A stretch of DNA of 43,243 bases from Octopus bimaculoides (taxonomy: Eukaryota), in contig NC_068981.1 in the NCBI RefSeq assembly GCF_001194135.2, positions 88,694,244-88,737,486 of the forward strand, read 5' to 3'. The translations under genes were made by a program, and so were the position numbers. Each line of letters starts with the position of its first letter. Position 1 is the first letter of the stretch. The notes beneath the pieces are model-generated. The model was not told where the DNA came from, ran no database searches, and saw nothing but the letters and a program-made list of their open reading frames with translations. Of this stretch, positions 1 through 10,817 are shown piece after piece.

Positions 1-298
1 ACTCGAATGTGGAATCTAAAAACAGAAACAATTCCTATCATAGTAGGTGCCTTAGGTATAATAAAAAAATATTCAGACAAATACATAACAAAAATAGCAG
101 GACTTACAAATATATATAACATACAGAAAATTGCACTACTGGGTACTGCACACATTCTACGCAAAACACTTTCAATGCAGTAAACATAAGAGCACCACAG
201 CAAACCACAGCACATACCCAAGGCGCACAGAGCTGCGCTCGGTAGTGAAGTGAAAGCACGTTATAAAAATAAAACTACTGAATAATAATAATAATAAT
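1..298 (+). mobile_element. R4/Dong-like RLE LINE, 3' end (subfamily A) with (AAT)n tail
   Basis: Frame 1 reads TRMWNLKTETIPIIVGALGIIKKYSDKYITKIAGLTNIYNIQKIALLGTAHILRKTLSMQ* (stop 181-183), the typical C-terminus of RLE LINE ORFs (W..K....PI.VGALG....LLGTA.ILR). A ~97-nt 3' UTR follows, then (AAT)n at 281-298. Confidence 0.85.
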
Positions 299-371
299 GA
301 ACTGCCCGGATGCAGTACCAGGCAGTGGCTCTCATGGCTTCTGATCTTAATTGACTGGAAGTGTTATCATA
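299..371 (-). mobile_element. Unclassified retroelement 3' end ('element X') with (ATT)n tail, copy 1
   Basis: The sequence GATGCAGTACCAGGCAGTGGCTCTCATGGCTTCTGATCTTAA recurs at about 1826 and 5957. It always starts at the same base next to an (AAT)n tract and is variably truncated at the other end, the pattern of a minus-strand 3' end. Confidence 0.6.
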
Positions 372-855
372 CAAAGCCGGTCTCTGAAAACTTGGCGCGC
401 CGTGAAGGACGAGTTTAGCTTCCAGTATCCGGGTCCCTGCTTATGAAGCCTGTCTAGATCGACCATATAGATCACAAATTTGTGGTCTGTGTAGCCGAAA
501 ACTTTACATTGTGGTCATCCTATGCTATCCTTATCTATTGGCCTACAGAACAACTTATCAAAATATGACCGTGATGACCCGATGCGATTTGCCCAAGTCA
601 ACATCAGCGCATCCAGGAAATCCATTCGGTATCTGTCAGGTAGTTCGAAGTGACTGAGCAGGGTTTCGATGCTTTTACATCCCTTCTGCTATCGGCCACA
701 CTCATCCGGTCCAGATGTGCATCCAAAATAGCTTTCTAGTCGCTCACTGATACTAATGAGCGAGACGTCCCCAAGTAAACCTCCAAGCGTCTGAAGAAAT
801 CTGACTGCCCTGCCCCAGCCAGGACATAGATCGCGACCAGTCTAAAGGCACTACC
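372..855 (-). pseudogene. L1/Tx1-clade APE endonuclease fragment (decayed)
   Basis: Minus-strand frames give GSAFRLVAIYVLAGAGQSDFFRRLEVYLGTSRSLVSVSD*KAILDAHLDR, then (frameshift) DRYRMDFLDALMLTWANRIGSSRSYFDKLFCR...YTDHKFV...GPGYWKLNSSF. These match the APE motifs YAP, GDxN (decayed), TW...SRxD, SDH and the L1/Tx1 GPGYWKLN linker. Confidence 0.85.
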
Positions 856-856
856 T

Positions 857-1393
857 TCACCACTAGCCCAGAAAGAATATAAGGGACGTCATGATAATAT
901 AGCAAGGATTTTCCATTGGATACTTTGCAACAAGTATGAACTTGACAGAGCAAAAAAGTGGTACGAACATAAACCCAAAGGCATAAGATGGAGAATAGGG
1001 AACCAGACATAGTATTAATTGAGATAGAAAGCAAACGATGCTGGATTATAGATATAGCATGCCCAGCTGACAACAAGGTTTACGATAAGGGAGAAAGAAA
1101 AGTCGATAGATATGACGGGTTAGCATGGGAACTTAAGCATTTGTAGTCGATGAAAAAGGTGGTAGTAGTACTAATAATTGTCGGAGCCCTGGGAACAGTG
1201 AGTAAAAATCTTGAGAAGTACGTGGAAGAAATAGGGGCTGCAGTAAGGGTGGAACATTTGAAGAAAACAGCACTGCTTGGAACCGCTCGAATACTTCGGA
1301 TGGTGCTCGAAAAATAAAGGTCTTTACTTTAGTTCACTGGTAGTGAACAGCTGACATTATAGTACATCTCCAGTAGTACATATACAATAAATG

Positions 1394-1456
<63 letters not shown>
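857..1456 (+). mobile_element. R4/Dong-like RLE LINE, 5'-truncated, internally deleted (subfamily B, copy 1) with (AAT)n tail
   Basis: SPLAQKEYKGRHDNIARIFHWILCNKYELDRAKKWYEHKP, then (frameshift) MENREPDIVLIEIESKRCWIIDIACPADNKVYDKGERKVDRYDGLAWELKHL*SMKKVVVVLIIVGALGTVSKNLEKY...TALLGTARILRMVLEK* (stop 1315-1317). Contains the RHD motif and the PD...D...K..Y RLE catalytic motif. (AAT)n at 1393-1456. Confidence 0.9.
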
Positions 1457-1457
<1 letters not shown>

Positions 1458-1458
<1 letters not shown>

Positions 1459-1818
1459 CCTGGAAATAGAGGTAACTCGAATGTGGAATCTAAAACAAAA
1501 TACAAAGACCTAGAAATAGAAGTAACTCGAATGTGGAATCTAAAAACAGAAGCAATTCCTATCATAGTAGGTGCCTTAGGTATAATAAAAAATATTCAGA
1601 CAAATACATAACAAAAACACCAGGACTTACAAATATATATAACATACAGAAAATTGCACTACTGGGCACTGCACACATCCTACGCAAAACACTTTCAATA
1701 CAGTAACCATAAGAGCATCGCAGCAAACCACAGCACATTCCCAAGGCACACAGAGCTGCGCTCGGTAGTGAAGTGAAAGCACGTTATAAAAATAAAACTA
1801 CTGAACAATAATAATAAT
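1458..1818 (+). mobile_element. R4/Dong-like RLE LINE 3' end (subfamily A, copy 2)
   Basis: Close match by eye to 1-298 (KYKDLEIEVTRMWNLKTEAIPIIVGALG...), with the same 3' UTR and an (AAT)n tail at 1807-1818. It starts inside the (AAT)n tail of the preceding element. Confidence 0.85.
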
Positions 1819-1825
1819 GATAAAT

Positions 1826-1983
1826 GTCCTGATGCATTACCAGACAGTAGCTCTCATGGCTTCTGATCTTAACTGACTGGAAGTGATATCATGTACATTG
1901 CTTTGTTGTGGTATGAAAGATGGGCTACAGCAAATATTCTGCTCAGTACCACAGATTTGCTTGTAAGTTATTTGACCTTAACC
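1826..1983 (-). mobile_element. Element X 3' end, copy 2
   Basis: Homologous to 299-371 and 5957-6109, adjacent to an (AAT)n tract. Confidence 0.6.
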
Positions 1984-3009
1984 TTAGTGATATAGATATA
2001 ACCCTCTTAAGTACGAAATAGCCCGGCCATTTTATTTCTTTTTAAAGACTGCTGAAAGAACTTTGAAAAAAGTAAAAAAATACAGTGTTTGGCTACTATG
2101 TCTAGCAAACTGTGTTACCACGTATAGGGTCCATATTTGGCTCGATGATGTGGTAGAGGCAATGATGGCAGTGGTGTTGGTCGTCGTCGTGGATATGCTT
2201 CTAATTTGATTTCTTTATAATTTCATTAATGTTCGATTCTGTTTTAAAAATCTTGCCGCCATAGATTTTGTTGGCAATCTCTGCAATACTATTAGATTTA
2301 TCAATGCTATTTATAATCACGTTTACTTACTATTCGTTTTGAACGCCTACTGCCACCAGCGACACCGAATCTTTCTTTCTCTCTCTCTCTGACTCTCTCC
2401 CTCTCTTCTTTTCTCTGCCTCTGTATTTCTCTCTCCAGCCCATTTTTTCTCTTTCTCTTTCTCTCTCTGTTTGATTCTTACACGTTGTTGGAAAGAAAAC
2501 TGATGTCATTTTCCTGTCTTTTATTATTCAGTCATATTGACTACCTCTCCTTGTTTATTACTGATGCTCCTGTGGCAAATAAAAGAAATCATCATCGTCA
2601 TCATCATCCTCCTCATCATCATTATCGACCCCCCCATCATCATCATCATTGATAAATATCCTTTGATACTAGAAATGACTAGTGATTGAATAAAGTATGC
2701 CAAGACTAGGCTAAGTTTCTTGGCATGTAAACATTCAAACAGGAGTTCAAGAAATAGAAAAATATTGATTAATTAAAAATAAATTGAAAGGGGATTATAT
2801 AGTAAAATAAATCGATTTAATTAACTTCAGTATATTGCTGGTATTTATGCTATCGGCCCCAAGGACAAATGAAAGGCAAAAATCAATTGCTGCAAGGTTT
2901 AATGAAGAGAAAAAAATAAAACAAGTATCAAATCTTATTTTTTCTGTTCTGCCTGTTTAAGTTCTAAACGATATTGATAAAACCTATAAGATGTTTCTTC
3001 TTTCACCTT

Positions 3010-3300
3010 TGGTGAATATACTTTTGGCCGAGAGGAGCTGATATCATCAGAATGTGTCCAACGGTCATCGGGTGTTTCGATCCTGAACCGTAACATCCTG
3101 TCGTTGTGTCAGTAGAGGTGGCCAAATCACTGCTCATAATTTCCTGGTTTCCCGCTTAATTGCTCTCTCTTGTTCCATAACCAGCAAGAGGTTCTTTCTG
3201 CTGCCTCTCTCATCCTGCTCACAGCAGCTACCTTTCGCTCTTTCCTTCTCAGAATTTATTTCGATTGACTGGATTAAATTTTCCGCATCGTACGTAAGGC
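3010..3300 (-). mobile_element. HERO-like RLE LINE 3' fragment
   Basis: Minus strand 3255-3127 reads ILRRKERKVAAVSRMREAAERTSCWLWNKREQLSGKPGNYEQ*, matching the EAAExxSxWLW.KR C-terminus I recall from HERO-clade elements. The downstream UTR carries GAAACACCCGATGACC...CTGATGAT. Confidence 0.6.
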
Positions 3301-3617
3301 TTATATCTGATTGATAAGTCTTTTAGCCAAGGTGATCTTCATTTCAGAAAATACTGAAGAAAAAAGATTATGTGGCATTTTACCATTACTAACTTAGAGT
3401 GTGTAGAGTATCATTTGAAAGAATTTAAAAAGATGTAGGGTTTGTGTCTAGTTACAAACGTTTTGTGTTTATAGTTAAGACACTTCTTCATGGTTGACTC
3501 TTTTTTGTAACATAGAGAGAGTTGATAACATGATGTGTAGATATATCTCATTACTATAAGCAATCGTAACATTTTTCAATCAATGAGTATTTCATCCACT
3601 TGTAGTATTGTGTTTAA

Positions 3618-3818
3618 ATATTGGTTTCGAATTTTGACACAATGCCAGCAATTCCGAAATAGAGGTTAAGTCAATTGCGTCAACTCCAGTGTTCAACTGG
3701 TAGTTATTTTAACGACCTTGAAAGGATGAAAGGTAAAGTCACCCTCGGCAGAATTTGAACTCAAGACGTAAAGACGGACGAGATGCCGCTAAGCATTTTG
3801 CACGGATTGCTAACGACT
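3618..3818 (-). mobile_element. tRNA-derived SINE, family 1
   Basis: Reverse complement has a B-box (GAGTTCAAATTC) and the central GAGGGTGACTTTACCTTTCATCCTTTC...GTCG..AAAATAA.TACCAG domain shared with about 10 other copies in the window. Confidence 0.85.
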
Positions 3819-4639
3819 TGGTACTGTGCTTAAATATTATCATAGAGATAATAGCAGGAAATTGTTATGGAGAACCCCATTTGTGTTGAATTACAGAGCT
3901 AAGTGGCGAATCAAGGACCAGAGGAATTACGAGCTAGTATATATGCGCTTTTGGAAATATCTGATACAACCACGATACTATAACTGAAAATATTTTACAG
4001 AGACTGGTTACTTTATCTCATTCAGAAAGAAAGTCAAAATATATAAGATAAGGACTAACAATATTTTGCTATTATTTCACAAAGTTTTGCGTGGTCCTTT
4101 TTTTTCTCTTTACCTTGATTCAAAAGAAAGAACGCAATGGCATGGTGTAAATTAAAAGCTATATTCTTGTTTATTATAGACTGTTAACCGATTTAGAATT
4201 ATAGTTGAAGTTATCTTATTTAAGTGACACAGCTACAGCATTTGAGGAAGGCTTCAATGTTACATTGTTTCATTTCACATTCTCCTAAAATACAGAGCGT
4301 TTGCAGGTTGACAGACGAAATCAATATTCATAATGGAAATAAGGAGTACTGATATGAGATTGTCAGGCTCTATTGTTTATGATATATAATTAAAGTGGCA
4401 AGTTGTGCTTAAACGAATAATAATAGTAAAAGGACAAATCTAACGTCTTGAGGTGCATGAGACATGTACACGGTTTCGGAACCAACCAAGCCAAGGACAT
4501 TACAATTGATTGAAATAGTATTAGACACCACTCGGACACATAGATACAGACAAACAGACAGACAGATAGACAGATACACACACACACACATATAAATATA
4601 AAAAAATAAATGGAGAGAGTAGATATGACTACGCCTCGT

Positions 4640-4830
4640 TTCATTCTAAGTTAAAATTCCTGTTCAGGTTGACTTTACTACGTATTTCTCCTTCAAAGGT
4701 CAACAAAATATATAGTAGACACAGTATTGGGTTCCTCATAATCGACTAAAATCTTTCAGATGAGGTGCCCCAGCATGACCGTCGAACAATGAATGAAACC
4801 AATAAAAGACACAAAAGAAAAAAAACAAAC
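4640..4830 (+). mobile_element. Degenerate SINE (family-1 head plus CCAGCATG tail)
   Basis: AAGTTAAAATTCC..CAGGTTGACTTT...GGTCAACAAAAT, then GGTGCCCCAGCATGACCG and an A-rich tail. Confidence 0.55.
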
Positions 4831-5646
4831 AAACAAGAAAAGTAAAAAAAAAATTAAAAAATTACATTCTTCATTTCTTCAGATCAACATTTAACCACCA
4901 ATAATTTAGTGTAAGCAGTGTTTTTCTATGCTTTTCTGTTATTCTAAAATTTACGATTGACTTCGACTGTATCGATAATCGAATATATCTCACTCTCAAA
5001 TTACCTTTCACTTATAAATTAACCTAACATCTTTCTAATCTTCAACAATATATCCTCATTATTATTGCATTTCTATTGTGTATTGTTCCAATTTTACCGT
5101 ATCTTGTAATACGTATTTTTCAAACGTCCTTCAATATAAACATTAAACGTTGCTTCTATTACCATTTCAATAACAATGATTGTCTTTTCTTTTAACGACC
5201 TTTATTAGCATTGGATGTATTCTTCATATAATTTGCTCAATTCTTTCAGATGTATCAAAATATATAATTATAAAATACAAAAGTCGAAACCACAAAAGGT
5301 TTGTGATTTTTTTTAATGATTGTGCGTAAATGCATAATGCTATAAGTATATAGCTATAAGTATAACATGTATAAATGCACATACAATGTCTGTGTGATTG
5401 TATGAGCAACTTTGTATAAGCGTATATGTATATGAATGTATGTAAACACAGATGCGTGCGCGTGCACACACACACACACATATGCAAATTTATTATTCGA
5501 ATGGCACTAATTCTCATTCAATGCACCTGATTACTTTCCTTTATTCTGATCAACTAGTGTGTTCAATGTCTTTGAATAGCTCTCTGGTCTCTTTCTTATC
5601 TGTTTGCATTTCTCTGCCTCTCTCTCAATCTGTCTATCTCTTCATG

Positions 5647-5679
<33 letters not shown>

Positions 5680-5853
5680 NNNNNNNNNNNNNNNNNNNNN
5701 NNNNNNNNNNNNNNNNNNNNNNNNNNNNNNNNNNNNNNNNNNNNNNNNNNNNNNNNNNNNNNNNNNNNNNNNNNNNNNNNNNNNNNNNNNNNNNNNNNNN
5801 NNNNNNNNNNNNNNNNNNNNNNNNNNNNNNNNNNNNNNNNNNNNNNNNNNNNN

Positions 5854-5944
<91 letters not shown>

Positions 5945-5951
5945 TAATAAT
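5854..5951. repeat. (AAT)n microsatellite
   Basis: Near-perfect AAT run after the N gap; interpreted as the tail of element X copy 3. Confidence 0.95.
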
Positions 5952-5956
5952 GGTGG

Positions 5957-6109
5957 GCCTGATGCAGTACCAGGCAATGACTCTCATGGCTTTTTATCTT
6001 AACTGAATGGAAGTGTTATGATAAAGTTTTGTCTTGGTATAAAAGATGGACAACAGCAAATATTCTGCTCAATACCGAAGATTTGCTTGTCAGTTGTTAG
6101 CCTTAGCCT
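5957..6109 (-). mobile_element. Element X 3' end, copy 3
   Basis: Homologous to 1826-1983 over about 150 nt. Confidence 0.6.
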
Positions 6110-6277
6110 ATTGAGCATGTTCCTTAGTGGGTGATGATATGTGCATCTCTGATCACGAGAAGAAGTAGTGGCGGAGCATCATAACCATGTGTTGAGAGGA
6201 ATTCTTTGGGGTTTGAATAATTCACCTCTGGAAACATGCACTTGGAGTTTTTCGTAAACACTTATTAGCTGTTCTAC

Positions 6278-6452
<175 letters not shown>

Positions 6453-6590
6453 AAGTATGCATGTATAGGTAAGTACATATACCAATCATTCTTTCTGCCT
6501 GCTTATCTCACACGTTCAGTCTCTCTCCTTCTTTGTGTACGTATACATACATACATACATACATACATACATACATACATACACAAATGT

Positions 6591-6813
6591 ATGGCAGAAA
6601 CGTTAGCACGCCGGGCGAAATGCATAGCGGTATTTCGTCTGCCGCTACGTTCTGAGTTCAAATTCCGCCGAGGTCGACTTTGCCTTTCATCCTTTCGGGG
6701 TCGATTAAATAAGTACCAGTTACGCACTGGGGTCGGTATAATCGACTTAATCCGTTTGTCTGTCCTTGCTTGTCCTCTCTGTGTATAGCCCCTTGTGGGT
6801 AGTAAAGAAATAA
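6591..6813 (+). mobile_element. tRNA-derived SINE, family 1 (young-looking copy) inside a (TACA)n tract
   Basis: TGGCAGAAACGTTAGC A-box region, GAGTTCAAATTCC B-box, central domain and a GTAAAGAAATAA end. Flanked on both sides by (ACAT)n. Confidence 0.9.
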
Positions 6814-6869
6814 CATACATACATACATACATACATACATACGTATGTACGTACATACATATATACAAC

Positions 6870-7133
6870 TGTGCTGCTGATGTGAAAACCTCTTAGAGAA
6901 TCAAAGAGGAAGAGAATAACTATGGAGAACTACTTCGAAACCACCAGCTTCTGTATCCAGAATATAATTTCACATTTAGACGAATAATAAATGGTGAAAA
7001 TGGTTTTGTGAGCAAAAGCCTAAGTGAGAATCCGGGTAAGCCAGGGTTATCAGAAAAAGAGATAACTCTCACATTGCAAACACAATCTGTAAGTGGAACA
7101 GTAAAAATATGTAAAACTTTTCTCAAGTTTTAA
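6870..7133 (+). pseudogene. RLE LINE endonuclease C-terminus (R4/Dong-related subfamily C)
   Basis: CAADVKTS*RIKEEENNYGELLRNHQLLYPEYNFTFRRIINGENGFVSKSLSENPGKPGLSEKEITLTLQTQSVSGTVKICKTFLKF* (stop 7131-7133). It parallels the C(P)AD...K...Y..L...Y.F..I.IGALG.V...LQ..S..GT..I layout of the other RLE C-termini here. Confidence 0.7.
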
Positions 7134-7159
7134 ATGTGATAAATTTATTTTATTCATCT

Positions 7160-7250
7160 TCCAACGATGGAGAAACCTGAAAGGAGAAAGCTGATTCGAA
7201 GACTGCAGATCCAAGCGATCACTGGAAGCTGTAAAAATGCAATTATATAC
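7160..7250 (+). pseudogene. Second, diverged RLE C-terminal fragment
   Basis: MEKPERRKLIRRLQIQAITG, then (+1 frameshift) AVKM, paralogous to LQTQSVSGTVKI just upstream. Confidence 0.55.
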
Positions 7251-8374
7251 ATGAGAGGACATGCATAAAACAAAACATACATTTCTGCACGTATGCATAC
7301 ATACATACATACATACCCTGTTGTTGGTGCTAAAATTCCAATGAAGTCTTGGATCTAGGTTAGAAACCGATACTTTTTGAAATAAAACTGAATAATGATA
7401 TACATGCATACATACATACATGCAATCATACATATATACATTCACACATGTGCGTGTGTATGTGCAAAATTATATAAATGATAAAGGAATAAGAAATTAT
7501 GCAATGAACTATGTATATATTACCGATATATTACCGATATATTTCATATATATATATATGTCTGAGTGTGTGTGTGTGTGTGTGTGTGTGTATACACACA
7601 TATATATATCATATTTTATATATATTAGATATATATAGTATATATATATATATNNNNNNNNNNNNNNNNNNNNNNNNNNNNNNNNNNNNNNNNNNNNNNN
7701 NNNNNNNNNNNNNNNNNNNNNNNNNNNNNNNNNNNNNNNNNNNNNNNNNNNNNNNNNNNNNNNNNNNNNNNNNNNNNNNNNNNNNNNNNNNNNNNNNNNN
7801 NNNNNNNNNNNNNNNNNNNNNNNNNNNNNNNNNNNNNNNNNNNNNNNNNNNNNNNNNNNNNNNNNNNNNNNNNNNNNNNNNNNNNNNNNNNNNNNNNNNN
7901 NNNNNNNNNNNNNNNNNNNNNNNNNNNNNNNNNNNNNNNNNNNNNNNNNNNNNNNNNNNNNNNNNNNNNNNNNNNNNNNNNNNNNNNNNNNNNNNNNNNN
8001 NNNNNNNNNNNNNNNNNNNNNNNNNNNNNNNNNNNNNNNNNNNNNNNNNNNNNNNNNNNNNNNNNNNNNNNNNNNNNNNNNNNNNNNNNNNNNNNNNNNN
8101 NNNNNNNNNNNNNNNNNNNNNNNNNNNNNNNNNNNNNNNNNNNNNNNNNNNNNNNNNNNNNNNNNNNNNNNNNNNNNNNNNNNNNNNNNNNNNNNNNNNN
8201 NNNNNNNNNNNNNNNNNNNNNNNNNNNNNNNNNNNNNNNNNNNNNNNNNNNNNNNNNNNNNNNNNNNNNNNNNNNNNNNNNNNNNNNNNNNNNNNNNNNC
8301 TTCAAAGCATTGCCTCAGCGTGGCCGCACGCCTTTCACTGGTAAAAGTAAAAGTAAAGGAATATAGGTATATAC

Positions 8375-8375
<1 letters not shown>

Positions 8376-8438
<63 letters not shown>

Positions 8439-8451
8439 GTCTGTCCGTCTG

Positions 8452-8508
<57 letters not shown>

Positions 8509-8526
8509 ATGTATATATAGACATTG

Positions 8527-8562
<36 letters not shown>
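8376..8562. repeat. (TATC)n / (TCTG)n and (CA)n microsatellites
   Basis: Directly visible. Confidence 0.95.
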
Positions 8563-8564
<2 letters not shown>

Positions 8565-9417
8565 ATATATATACTCACACTCAGGCACACACACATACAT
8601 ACAGGTAGAAAAACTCATATATCGTTTGCTGACACAAAATACTAACTATAATATTACATAGATATCATTATTGCCTGCAAAACCACTCCAAGTATGTGTT
8701 TACAGAATGTATACTGGAATTGAATTTCGAATTTACTCGGTCATTGAACTATACTGAACGGGTCTCTTTCCACAGCATTATTTTGAGTGGGATACACTCT
8801 TTGATTCTCTTTCTAAATGGGAATCGATAATGCACACATACGCACATAAGCACACACATGCATACACGAACATACGCATAAGCACACATAGACTCCAGCA
8901 CACGCATACACACATATCTGTATATGAACTGACATCAATTTGCGTTGTTAAAAGGAAGCACTAATATAAACAGTTAACAGCGTATTTACTTTAGGAAGGA
9001 AACGCTTCCGTGATTCTCTTCTGAAGTTCCGATCGGTGTGCAAATTTCATCAATACTATCCGTGTCCGTTTATAAAATCAGATCTAATTTCAGTAAAATA
9101 TAAAGAAAAATTATTTAAACAGAGTATATTTAATGTGTGTGTACGTGTGTGTATATGTGTGTGTGCGTATGTGTATGTGTTTCTGCGTAAGTATGCATGA
9201 ATGCCCATCGAGGCTAAATACGTATAGATATGAATCAGTAGATTTATTCAGATATAACTCATGCTGTACTGGTACTCTTTTAAGTATAATAAATACGTTA
9301 GTGTTAACATATTAAATGTATTGAACGGTTAGGAAAGCTAATTAGAAATAATTAAGTGGTGGGTAGAACAAACATAGACTAATTATACTTTTAATTATTT
9401 CAAGAAGCGGAAACAAT

Positions 9418-9458
9418 CCGGACCTGTTTCGGCGTATTATGACTTCATCAGTAAAGCA
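9418..9458 (-). ncRNA. Hammerhead-ribozyme-like motif (type I, minimal), probably decayed
   Basis: Minus strand: CTGATGA-A-GTC-ATAATAC-GCC-GAAAC-AG-GTC. The core is canonical, but stem II has a mismatch and stem I does not pair. Confidence 0.4.
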
Positions 9459-9726
9459 TAGACATGACGGCGTTGGCTTAAGTATTAATGGGATAATTGC
9501 TTCATAAATGCACAAGAGTGTACTGCAATGCTTGTTGTAGAAAAATATAATTGTTCAAAAGCTAAATTACTCAGAACTGATAAAGTAAAATCTAATTTTG
9601 CCTGAGAAATTCCAGTCAAGGCACAAGATATGAAAATGTTTAGGAATGTATTAAGAGTGGGATGGTCTATGCCAGTGAGAGTAAATGTCAACAAATTTTA
9701 ACATCAATAGTGGTATGGAACCAAAA

Positions 9727-9960
9727 GGTGGTGAGCTGGCAGAAACGTTACCACGCCGGGCGAAATGCTTAGTGGTATTTCGTTAGCCTTTACGTTCCAA
9801 GTTCAAATACCGCCGAGGTCGACTTTGCCTTTCATCCTTTCGGGGTCGATAAATTAAGTACCAGTTACGCACTGGAGTCGATATAATCGACTTAATCTTT
9901 TTGTCTGTCTTTGTTTGTCCCCTCTATGTTTAGCCCCCTGTGGGCAATAAAGAAATAAGA
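9727..9960 (+). mobile_element. tRNA-derived SINE, family 1, full length
   Basis: GGTGAGCTGGCAGAAACGTTA head, AAGTTCAAATACC B-box, central domain, same tail as 6591-6813. Confidence 0.9.
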
Positions 9961-9985
9961 AACTTAAAAATATGGAATCGATGTC

Positions 9986-10195
9986 ATGGCAAGTTGGTAG
10001 AATAGTTAAAGCACCAGAAAAAAGCGGCTGCGTTATTTCTTTTGGCCCTTGCAGTTCGGAGTTCAAATCCCACCGAGGTCAACTTTGTCTTTCATTGTTT
10101 CGGATGAAAATGAAGTACCACTGAATTACTGGGGTCGATATTACTGACTACTCCCTCTCCCATCAAATTCCTCCCCTTGAGTTTAAATCAGAAAG
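9986..10195 (+). mobile_element. Older SINE, family 1
   Basis: GGAGTTCAAATCCCACCGAGGTCAACTTTGTCTTTCAT...CTGGGGTCGAT. Confidence 0.75.
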
Positions 10196-10344
10196 TTTTA
10201 TAATAGATATACTTACTTTTATAATTCAGTAAGTCGGTTAAACAAAAAGTAAAAAAAAAAAAATTGTTGAAGCATTCAACCGTCTTATAAAGCGAACATG
10301 TTGAATATTTTACGATAGAAAAAAAGGTGTTTGAGGACCACTAC

Positions 10345-10420
10345 TGGAGCTCTTTGAAACATAGGTCTGCTGGATCGTGGCGGGCACGGGGTTAAGCATC
10401 ATCAGCTACAGCAATAACTA
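10345..10420 (+). mobile_element. Fragment of dispersed ~200-bp repeat 'family E' with (CAA)n-like tail
   Basis: TTTGAAACATAGGTCTGCTGGATC...GGGGTTAAGCATCATC is the reverse complement of the GTTGTT..GCCCAGGTCAG..CTGATCGAGCA..CTATGA start seen at 21.2 kb and 29-30 kb. Confidence 0.45.
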
Positions 10421-10817
10421 TGTAACAAGGAATATTGTAAACGATATCGGAAAGAAATGCAGCCTAATAGGACTCCGGGATTATAAAATTGTTCGCTGCA
10501 CCAGCTAAACACACTGTTTGGAATTGAGGAAGGATAACACCATTTGGCAAAAGTTCCACGGATTTAATCGGATTTCGAAGAGAAGTAGAAATCTTCTGAG
10601 TTTAAAGTATTGTGAGAAGTGGATACCATGTGTAATGTGTGTCGACTGAGAGAACGTGTCATGCATGCATGTGTGTGAATGCATGTGTGTTTATGTATAT
10701 GTATATGTATATATGTATGCATTCCGGTATGTGTGTACGCGTGTTTCTGTGTGTGTATGTACGCGTGTATGTGTATGTATAATAGACGTTTAGTACACAG
10801 AGATCGTTAGGAACCTT

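Noticed and set aside
1393-1456. Repeat arrays as possible CRISPR
   Set aside because: These are simple tandem repeats with no unique spacers and no cas genes, in a eukaryotic context.
2935-3100. Minus-strand ORF MLRFRIETPDDRW...QAEQKK* as a terminal exon
   Set aside because: It lies in the 3' UTR of the HERO-like fragment and has a weak acceptor.
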